Positions 55,303-64,000 of a stretch of DNA of 64,000 bases are shown here, piece by piece (the first letter of the stretch is position 1; every line of letters starts with the position of its first letter). A model generated the notes under the pieces. It did not search any database. It was not told where the DNA came from and saw only the letters and a list, made by a program, of their open reading frames with translations. The position numbers and the translations under genes are program-made. The DNA lies in NCBI GenBank assembly GCA_019828565.1, contig JAHDYR010000008.1:310001-374000 (forward strand). Direction: 5' to 3'. This DNA is from Carpediemonas membranifera BICM. Lineage: Eukaryota; Protista; Fornicata.

Positions 55303-56847
55303 ATGGAGAGCAGGACGCCCCATGAGGCATCCAACGTCCGAAAGGGTTTCAACCCAATGACGCATAAGCGAGAATTGCACGAGAACATCAATACTCTGAG
55401 AAAGATGAAGAGGGAGCATTCCTTTGCTTCCCTGCAGCGCCCGCTTGGGTTTAGGGACAGCCAGGAGGCTGTTGATACAGACATCTTTGAAGACCTATCA
55501 TTGCTCCGCACCGACGAGGACTTCGCCCTTTGTGCCGACCGGCTGGAGCACGGAGACATCCCCACGAAGCTCCAGGCCGCCGTGGAGATCCGCAGAACAA
55601 TAGCCACAGCCGAGCACGGTGTGGTCGACTCGCTCGTCCAGGTCGGAGTTATCCCCATTGCCATCGCACTGTTGGGGTCGTCATCCTCGTCCCGAGTCAG
55701 GCTCGAAGCCGCATGGTTGCTGACCACCGTGGGAGAAGGGGAGTACGCCGCGGTTGCTATCAGCGAGGGGGCACTGGCCGTGCTTTACGAGGCTATGTCG
55801 GACACAGACGATGCAGTGGAGACCCAGGCCCTCTGGGCCCTTGCAACCCTGGCCTCATCCGTTGAAGGGCTAGCCTCAGAGATCGCCGCCAGTGGCTTTA
55901 TGGACAGGGTCGCGACACTCCTGGACGAGGATCCGCCCCTAGACGACGTCCGCACGCTGGCCTGGTCTGCCGGAGTGATCGCCCAGAGTCTCAGTGGTCC
56001 AGACCGCCGCCACAGCCACGCGGTGCTCCCACCGCTGGGCCGCACGCTGGGCAGGCTGGCTGGGAATCTGGGCGATCATGACTCAGACACGGCCTTGGTG
56101 GATCTGCTCATCGCTGTCGCCTTTATAAGTCACGGAGGTGACAGTGACATAGCCGCGGTGTGTCAGGCGGGCATCGTACCGTCTGTGGTCGACCTTGTCG
56201 CCGGCCCAAGGACTGTGGCGACGTCGGCCATCAGGGTGCTCGGTAACATCACCTCCAGTGACGATAACAGGTACATAGACGTCGTCATTGATGCGCTGGG
56301 CCTGGCTGCGCTGGTTTCCGTGCTCGCGACAGCACCGGACCCCTTGAAGCGGGAAGCGCTATGGGCCTTGGCGAACGTCGCAGCAGGCACACCCGCCCAG
56401 CTGACAGCTGTGTTGAACGAGGGCGCGCTCCCTCTTGTGATCAGGTTGGCCGAGCAAGGTTCCCAGGGCGTCCAGCAGGAGGCGCTCTTCTTCATCCGGA
56501 ACTTCACGATGAACGCATCCTTGCCCCAGCTCACCGAGGCCGCAGACCTCGGCCTCATCCGCGTCTTGTCAGACTCCCTTGCGGCCAGGCTTGGACGGAC
56601 GGCGGCCTGGTTCCTGGTCGCCATGGACTGCATCCGGAACATGATCGCTGCGAGCGGCACACTTGACCCGACCTCCAACGTGTTCCTGGACCAGCTACAG
56701 TCGTTCCGGGGGGTCGACCGAATCCACCGTCTCGCGACCCACCCCAAGAACAGGGTCCATGCGGCCGCCGTGGGGATGCTCGAAGAGTTCGGCCTGGGTG
56801 ACGAGGACGAAGGTGGTATCGACGACGGTAGGCTCTCGTTTGCTTGA
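55303..56847 (+). CDS. Importin-alpha-like ARM repeat protein
   Basis: IBB-like RELHEN...LRKMKR; EAAWLLT, QALWAL, RVLGNI, REALWALANVAAG. Confidence 0.85.
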   Translation: MESRTPHEASNVRKGFNPMTHKRELHENINTLRKMKREHSFASLQRPLGFRDSQEAVDTDIFEDLSLLRTDEDFALCADRLEHGDIPTKLQAAVEIRRTIATAEHGVVDSLVQVGVIPIAIALLGSSSSSRVRLEAAWLLTTVGEGEYAAVAISEGALAVLYEAMSDTDDAVETQALWALATLASSVEGLASEIAASGFMDRVATLLDEDPPLDDVRTLAWSAGVIAQSLSGPDRRHSHAVLPPLGRTLGRLAGNLGDHDSDTALVDLLIAVAFISHGGDSDIAAVCQAGIVPSVVDLVAGPRTVATSAIRVLGNITSSDDNRYIDVVIDALGLAALVSVLATAPDPLKREALWALANVAAGTPAQLTAVLNEGALPLVIRLAEQGSQGVQQEALFFIRNFTMNASLPQLTEAADLGLIRVLSDSLAARLGRTAAWFLVAMDCIRNMIAASGTLDPTSNVFLDQLQSFRGVDRIHRLATHPKNRVHAAAVGMLEEFGLGDEDEGGIDDGRLSFA

Positions 56848-57120
56848 CTGGGTGCGTCGTGGTAAATGACATTCCGAGATGGGTGTTTTGCTGATCAGGA
56901 TTTGCTCGGAAAGGGAGTGATAAAGAGATCATAGAGCAGCTCACATAGCTCTACGACACTCACTGGGCGTCATCCCGACCTGAAGGGGCCGAACCGATGA
57001 CGAGATCATTTCGATCTCAAAGCGATTCGCAGCGCCCCGATGCTTCGGTCCTCGCATTTCAAAGCCGGCAAGCGAGCAAAGATCGGTTAGATGACGGTTG
57101 ATTGCCAGCGTACACACACG

Positions 57121-58623
57121 ATGAGCAAGGTTCTTGCGACCCTTGGCCCGAATACCACGAAGGAGGATATTCGCGCTTACTTCGACGCAGGTCTGGACTT
57201 GGTGCGCATCAACTGCTCCCATTTGCGCGATAAGGACGCGAAGATGGCCGAGCTGATCACCGCCATTCGCCAGATCTCGGACGAGGTCGGCGTCCACATC
57301 GGTATCCTCGTCGATCTCCAGGGCCCCAAGATCCGTTGCGGGTCCTTCGCCAACGGCCCCTACGTGCTCGAGCGGGAGCAGAGCTTCACCTTCGACATGG
57401 ATCTCGACACCCCCGGAGACCGGACCCGCGTGGGCCTGCCCCACCCTGAGATCTTCAAGGCCATCGAGGTCGGCCACAACATCCTCGTGAACGACGGCGC
57501 CATCGCCATGCGGGTCGATGCAGTGGACCGCGAGAACCTCGTCATCGAGACGACGGTCACCCAGGAAGGCGAGATCAACAACCGCAAAGGCGTCAACGTC
57601 CCTGACACCATCCTGCAGCTTTCGGCCATGACAGCTAAGGACCGCCGTGACCTTGCCTTCGCCCTCGAGCACTCGCCCGACTGGATCGCCCTGTCGTTTG
57701 TCCAGACTGCCAGCGACGTCCAGGAGTGCCAGGCTATGGTCCAGGGCAGGGCCCGCGTCATGGCAAAGATCGAGAAGCCCCAGGCCCTCGAGAACCTCGT
57801 CGAGATCGTCGAGACCGCGGACGGCATCATGGTAGCCCGCGGCGACCTTGGCGTCGAGCTCAGTCTGTCCCAGGTGCCTGCCGCCCAGAAGCGGTGCATC
57901 AAGCTCGCCCGCTCCCACGGCAAGCCCGTCGTCGTCGCCACACAGATGCTCGAGTCCATGATCAGCCGGCCCGTCCCCACCAGGGCCGAGGTTAACGACG
58001 TCGCCTGTGCCGTGTTCGACGGGGCCGACTGCCTCATGCTGTCCGCCGAGACGGCCATTGGTCAGTTCCCCACCCGCGCCATCGCGACTATGGCTGGTAC
58101 GATCAGCGAGGTGCAGGCTGACCCCCTCTACCTCAAGAGCGTGCACGCCACATCCCTCGCCCGGACCCACCTCGTCACCCCAGACGCCATCGCCGCGGCC
58201 GCCTGCCTCACCGTCAAGGCGCTGAGTGCGTCTGTAGTCGTGGTGTACACCCGCACGGGCGGTGCGGCCGTCCGGATGTCCCGGGAGCGACCCGACGCCC
58301 TCATCGTGGCCATGACACCGTCCCTGCAGACCGCCCGCGCCCTCTCCCTCGTATGGGGCGTGCGGGCAGTCCACATCAAGGAGGACGCCGCCAGCTTCAT
58401 GGACATGTGCGCCAAGGCCGACAACACCGTCACTGGTCTCAGCGTGGCTCAGCCCGGCGACCAGGTCGTCGTCATCGCCGGCGTGCCGTTCGGTGCCCAG
58501 GCGATCAACCTCATGCACGTCCTCGAGGTTACGGGGACCGTTGGGCGGCAGGCTATGGAGAGTAGGCGGAGCAACGAAGACATGGTGTCGGAGCTCGCTG
58601 ATAGGCATGGGGACGAGGAATAG
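57121..58623 (+). CDS. PYK: Pyruvate kinase (bacterial-like)
   Basis: ATLGP, RINCSH, DLQGPKIR, KIEKP, MVARGDLGVE, ATQMLESM, PTRAE..DV, MLSAETA. Confidence 0.97.
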   Translation: MSKVLATLGPNTTKEDIRAYFDAGLDLVRINCSHLRDKDAKMAELITAIRQISDEVGVHIGILVDLQGPKIRCGSFANGPYVLEREQSFTFDMDLDTPGDRTRVGLPHPEIFKAIEVGHNILVNDGAIAMRVDAVDRENLVIETTVTQEGEINNRKGVNVPDTILQLSAMTAKDRRDLAFALEHSPDWIALSFVQTASDVQECQAMVQGRARVMAKIEKPQALENLVEIVETADGIMVARGDLGVELSLSQVPAAQKRCIKLARSHGKPVVVATQMLESMISRPVPTRAEVNDVACAVFDGADCLMLSAETAIGQFPTRAIATMAGTISEVQADPLYLKSVHATSLARTHLVTPDAIAAAACLTVKALSASVVVVYTRTGGAAVRMSRERPDALIVAMTPSLQTARALSLVWGVRAVHIKEDAASFMDMCAKADNTVTGLSVAQPGDQVVVIAGVPFGAQAINLMHVLEVTGTVGRQAMESRRSNEDMVSELADRHGDEE

Positions 58624-58735
58624 TTTATTTTGGTCGTTTAAATCGGATTGGCGGGGCTTTATGGAGCGTTATGTATGCGATAAATCGATCATGCATTCCC
58701 CTGCTTTGGTCACGCACTAAATTGGAGGAAGAAGA

Positions 58736-59965
58736 ATGTCCAACGACGATCGCTCATTCTATGAAATCCTCGGCGTGGGGAAGAACGCCACAGATGCCGA
58801 GATTAAGAAGGCCTATCGCAAGCTTGCGGCGAAGTATCACCCTGATAAGGCTGGCGATGACCCTGAAGCCATGGCGAAGTTCAAGGAGATGTCCGAGGCG
58901 TACCAGGTGCTCTCTGATAGCCAAAAGAAGAACATCTACGACCAATACGGCAAAGAGGGTCTCAAGAACGACGGCATGGGCGGCATGGGCGGGTTCGGCG
59001 GAATGGCCGACCTGTTCGACATGATGGGCGGTGGCTTCGGCGGTATGCGCGGCGGACGTCGCGCCGGCCCCCGCAAGGGCGAGGACATTGTCCACCGCCT
59101 GGCCGTTTCCCTCGACGACCTCTACAAGGGCCGCTCCTCCAAGATGGCCGTCACCCGCGACATCATGTGCCCCGACTGCCACGGCTCAGGTTCCATCAGC
59201 GGCAAGAGCGCGACCTGCCCCGACTGCCGCGGCCAGGGCGTCCGTCTCGTCATGCGTCAGATCGGGCCCGGTATGGTGCAGCAGATGCAGCAGCGGTGCG
59301 GGAAGTGCAACGGCACAGGCCAGTCCGTAGCTGCTGGAGATCTGTGCAAGAAGTGCAAGGGCCACCGCACTGTCAAGGACAAGAAGGTTCTCGAGGTTAC
59401 CATCGAGAAGGGCATGTCCAACGGCAAGAAGATCGTTTTCCGCGGCGAGGGTCAGGCTGAGCCTGAAGGCGAGCCGGGTGACATCGTCTTTGTCATCGCC
59501 GAGAAGGAGCACCCGACTTTCAAGCGGCAGGGGCAGCACCTCATCATCGGCAAGACGATCCCCCTCGGGTCAGCGCTGACGGGCGTGTCGTTCCACATCA
59601 CCCACATGGACGGCCGTAAGCTGCTTGTCCAGACGCAGCCGGGTCAGGTTATCACACCCGAGATGGTGCTGTGTGTTGATGGCGAAGGCATGCCTGTACA
59701 CCGCCGGCCGTTCGAGAAGGGCAACCTGTTCATCAAGTTTGAAGTGCAGTTCCCGAATAGGCTGGACGCCACCCAGACGGGGCTCCTGAAGAAGCTCCTG
59801 CCCTGCTCCCCTATGGAGACGGAGAAGGCCGACGATGAGACCATCACGATGACGCCCTTCGACCAGTCCAAGCTGCGCGAGACGATGACTGGGGGGAACG
59901 CGTACGACAGCGACGAGGACATCGGTCACGGCGGTGGGCCGGGCATGCAGTGCCAGTCCCAGTAA
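58736..59965 (+). CDS. DNAJA: Type I DnaJ/Hsp40 (YDJ1/DNAJA)
   Basis: HPD J-domain, G/F region, four CxxCxG(xG) repeats, C-terminal CaaX CQSQ. Confidence 0.97.
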   Translation: MSNDDRSFYEILGVGKNATDAEIKKAYRKLAAKYHPDKAGDDPEAMAKFKEMSEAYQVLSDSQKKNIYDQYGKEGLKNDGMGGMGGFGGMADLFDMMGGGFGGMRGGRRAGPRKGEDIVHRLAVSLDDLYKGRSSKMAVTRDIMCPDCHGSGSISGKSATCPDCRGQGVRLVMRQIGPGMVQQMQQRCGKCNGTGQSVAAGDLCKKCKGHRTVKDKKVLEVTIEKGMSNGKKIVFRGEGQAEPEGEPGDIVFVIAEKEHPTFKRQGQHLIIGKTIPLGSALTGVSFHITHMDGRKLLVQTQPGQVITPEMVLCVDGEGMPVHRRPFEKGNLFIKFEVQFPNRLDATQTGLLKKLLPCSPMETEKADDETITMTPFDQSKLRETMTGGNAYDSDEDIGHGGGPGMQCQSQ

Positions 59966-60084
59966 TGTATAAAGACGGTAACTGATAGATGCTGTGGTAG
60001 GCCATGCCTGGGCTCCCGTAGGGGGACGTGTCGCGCCACGAGGGCCCTCCTTAAATTTGTCGCGAAAATACCCATCCAACGACG

Positions 60085-63000
60085 ATGAAGAAGCTAATCC
60101 TGTTAATTTCGTTCTTTATCGCGGTGGCATGGGCGTGTTCATCTGGAGAATACGTCCATCCCGATTTCGTCGGTGAATGTCTCCCTTGTCCAACAGGGTT
60201 TTAGTTCGTTGCCGCATTCCCCCTCACACAGTTGCACAGACGGAATAACAGCCACACCCTGTTCAGCAGGAACGTCTTATCCAGATACAGGGTCCCGCAA
60301 GGCGTCCAACTGTGATGATTGCGCAGCAGGCACTTATTCGATCGCTGGTTCGGCAGCCTGCTTGCTCTGCCCCGCTGGGACGTACTCGAATGCCGGCGCG
60401 TCGTCATGCACGGACTGTGTGAGCGGCGAGTATGCGCTCAGTGGCGCTGCATCGTGCACAGCGTGTCCTGCTGGCTCGGCGTGCGCCACGACAACATCCG
60501 CGCCCGTTGCTTGCTCATACGGCTACTACTCCGAGGAAGGCGCCACTGTGTGCACCATATGCCCTGCTGGCTCCAAGTGCGCCGCCCCATCGTCCTCTCC
60601 CGTGGCCTGCTCGACGGGCACGTACTCACCAGCCGGGTCGACCTCGTGTAGCACGTGTCCTGACGGCTACGAGTGCTCCGATCCGGCGTCACCGAGTGCT
60701 TGTGCGGACGGCCAGTACGTGGCCTCGAACAGACAGTCGTGCGTTGACTGCGAGGCCGGGTACTACTGCCCCAGCCCCGACGAGGCGCACGTCGCTTGCG
60801 CAGACGGCTACTATCAAGACTCCACCGGCCAGCAATCCTGTATTGCCTGTCCCGCCGGCTACGAGTGCTCTGACAAGACCACTGCGACGTCCTGTCCCGC
60901 TGGCTACTACTCTGACGCCATGTCGATGGCCTGCACCGAGTGCGCGGCCGGGTCAACCTGCTCGGCGACACCCACGACGTGCCCGCTAGGCACGTATGCC
61001 CTTGCTGGTGACACATCCTGCACCACCTGCCCGGCGGGCTACGGATGCCCGACGACGTCCTCCGCCCCCGTGGCCTGCTCCAGCGGCCAGTACGTCAGCC
61101 CGACGACCTACGCCTGCCTCGCAGTCCCCGCCGGGTACTACGCCGCGACGCCCGCAGACAGTATTGACACCTGCGCCGCAGGCTATTACTCCACCGGGAG
61201 CGCGACCGCCTGCACGGCGTGCCCCGCTGGTCAGGCCTGCCCCAACGCCGACGGCACTGGCATCGTCAGCTGCCTCGCTGGCTACTACAGCGAGGCCGGG
61301 TCAACCGAGTGCACCGAGTGCCCTGAGGGCTTCTACTGCCCGGATACGGACGCCGCGACAACCACTGCGTGTTCCTCAGGCTACTACACTTCCAGCGGCT
61401 CCAAGGTCTGTACCAAATGCGAGCCCGGTTTCGCCTGCCCCACGGGCGCCCTCGCCGACCGGGTGCGGTGCGACCAGGGAGAGTACGCTCCCGCCGGGTC
61501 GACCGACTGTACCGCGTGCCCCGCTGGGTACGAGTGTGCTGACACCGTTTCCACGCCTGTGGCCTGCTCCTCCGGTGAGTACGCCGTTGCCGGGTCGACA
61601 GCCTGTACTGTCTGCCCCGAAGGCTACTACTGCCCCGACACCGATGCCGCCACTGTCACAGCGTGTGACGCTGGTGAGTACTCGACCGGCGGTGCGACGT
61701 CTTGCACCGCGTGTGACGCCGGGTATTACTGCCCTGATAAGGTCGGCACGATGAACGCTTGCTCCCCCGGCACCTACTCGCTCGGCGGCACCACCACATG
61801 TACCACCTGCCCCGCTGGCTACAAGTGCGCCGACAGCAGTGTCGCGCCCGTCGCCTGCGCCTCGGGCTGGTACTCTGGCCAGGGCGCCACGACCTGCACG
61901 ATCTGCCCGGCTGGGTATCAATGCCCCTCTGCCTCTAACGGCCCCTCGGGCTGTCCCGCCGGGTACTACTCGTACGAGGGTGCGATAACCTGCACTGCCT
62001 GTGACGCCGGCTACGTCTGCCCGGCCACGTCCGACACGGCCACCCCTGCCGCGTCGATCTGCTCCATCGGGTACTACTGCCCCTCCGGGACGACCGCGCA
62101 GTTCCCCTGCGCCTCTGGCACTTATGGAGCTTCAACTGGCCTGGGTGCCGCCGGTGAGTGCACCACGTGCCCTGAGGGATACTACTGCCCCTCCGGCATC
62201 ACAAACCCCGCCGACCAGGGTGACAAGTACGTCTGCCCCGCTGGGTACTACTGCCCCGACGGCACTGCCACTGCTCGCGCCAACCCGTGCGGCGCAGGAA
62301 CGTTCTCACCCACGACCGGGGCGACCTCATCCGCGACTTGCATCGACTGCGATGCTGGCTTCTACTGCCCAGCTGGCTCATCCCGCAAGACACCGTGCCC
62401 GGCAGGGTACTACTGCCCGGCCAACGCCGGCTCTTACGCCGCCACGCCGTGCCCCGCTGGGTCCTACTACGCGAACGTCGCCGCTGAGAACACCGGAGAT
62501 TGCGAGGCCTGCCCAGCCGGCCACTACTGTCTCCAGGCTTCAACTGCCCCGACCCCCTGCCCGGATGGCACGTACCGGCCGACAGTTGGCGGGAGCTCCC
62601 TGACCAGCTGCACTGAATGCACGGCCAGCTTCGTCTGCTCCGGCACCGGCACCGTCACACCAGCCATATCCTGCGCGGCCGGCCACTACTGCCCCACCGG
62701 CACTGTCTCCACCACTGAGTACCCCTGCCCCGCCGGGACGTACACTGATCTGACGAATCTGACGGACTGGTCACAGTGTGACACCTGCCCCGCTGGCCAC
62801 TATTGTCTGTCCGGCACCGGCGGAACTACGCCACCCGCAACATGCCCCACCGGTTACTACTGCCCCGCCGGCACTTCATTCGCCACCGAGTTCCCCTGCC
62901 CAGCAAGCTCATACAACGACCTGACTGGCCAGAGGTCAATGGACAACTGCACGATCTGCCCCGAGGGGTCGTACTGCGAGGAGGCCTCGAGTACCCCAAC

Positions 63001-64000
63001 CGCAACATGCCCCGCGGGCTACTACTGCCCCGAAGGGACCTCATACGACACCCAGCACCCCTGCCCCGCCGGCACGTACAACACTCTGACGGGCCAGAAG
63101 AACGACCTGTGCTGCGACCCCTGTCCCACCGGGAACTACTGCCCCGAAGGCAGCTCCACCCCAACCCAGTGCCCCGCCACCACATTCTCCAGCGTCACGG
63201 GCGCCCAGAGTGCGGGGCCAGGCGTGCTCGGGACTGAGTGTGCCTCGTGCCCCGCCGGGTACTACTGCGGGCTGGAGACTTCTGACCCCGCCGAGTGCAC
63301 GGCCGGCTCATATTCTGCCTCGGGTGCGTCTGCCTGCACCTCGTGCACCGCGGGCCACTACTGCTGGACCGAGACCACCACCCAGACTGAGATGACTGCC
63401 CAGGTCTGCAGTGCCGGGCTCTACTGCCCCACGGGCCAGGACAAGATCCCCGAGCTGACCAACGAGCCCTGCCCCGTTGGCCAGTACTGCGAGGCCGGTG
63501 TCGCCGCCCCTGTGGATTGCCCTCCTGGCACTTTCAGGTCGACCACTGGCGCTGAGGCCGAGGGCGACTGCGAGACTTGCCCCGCCGGGTCATACTGCGT
63601 CGGCGGCGAGTCAGCTGTCACTGGTGTCTGCGACGAGGGCTACTACTGCCCCGCGGGGTCGTCGGCGTCCACCGAGATCTCATGCCCTGCCGGAACCTAC
63701 CGCAACCTGACCGGTGCAGGTGAGGTTGGCGCATGTTCCGTTTGCCCCTCCGGCTTCTACTGCCCCACGGCCACTAACGATCCAGTCGCCTGTCCGAACG
63801 GCTACTACTGCATCGAGGGGTCCTATACGCCCCAGCCCTGCCCTCTCGGCACCTACGGCAACTCCCTCAGCATGAAGTCCACTGAGGACTGCATCGACTG
63901 TCCCGCCGGGTCATACTGCGATGGTCTCGGGCTCTCGGCCGCCACCGGCCTCTGTGACCGCGGCTACTACTGCGTGGGAGCGGCTTACACCTCAGCGCCC
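60085..64000 (+). CDS. Giant secreted/surface cysteine-rich repeat protein (CPAGYYCP; GCC2/GCC3 or ephrin-receptor-like repeats); runs off the right edge; 28-nt intron 60204-60231
   Basis: Signal peptide MKKLILLISFFIAVAWA; splicing restores CPTGFYC; continuous CxxCPxGxYC repeats to the window end. Confidence 0.9.

Noticed and set aside
60319-63710. Many short ORF-track calls in the Cys-rich region
   Set aside because: Off-frame or antisense fragments of a single open-ended + strand gene starting at 60085

Overview
Gene-dense eukaryotic DNA, probably an anaerobic protist. PPDK plus pyruvate kinase, iPGM, roughly 30-nt GT-AG introns and high GC3 would fit a Carpediemonas-like metamonad, but that assignment is inference. 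Housekeeping genes (PPDK, BZW/5MP, PQ-loop, GET4, CCT3, CEP104-like, PKA-R, SPT/LCB2, iPGM, homeobox, START-like, RCC1-like, importin-alpha-like, pyruvate kinase, DnaJ, a giant Cys-rich surface protein and tRNA-Ile(GAT)) surround two accessory zones. Zone 1 (9.5-15.4 kb) holds two diverged Fanzor1/TnpB-like RuvC elements with no transposase and no TIRs. Each is bracketed by its own long perfect direct repeat (30 bp and 22 bp), with one copy lying where the omega-RNA guide would be. An uninterrupted (empty) copy of the second element's target lies at 28.96 kb. Zone 2 (32.3-53.1 kb) is a nest: a head-to-tail dimer of a split-direct-repeat DIRS/PAT-type tyrosine-recombinase retrotransposon next to a tRNA gene. 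The first copy is interrupted by a 7-kb LINE carrying OTU protease + Maelstrom/arenavirus-NP-like DEDDh exonuclease + APE + RT, and by a chromodomain Ty3/Gypsy element with an extra antisense ORF. Nearly all frameshifts in the elements fall in homopolymers and are probably assembly errors. All homology calls are by motif recognition, not database search.
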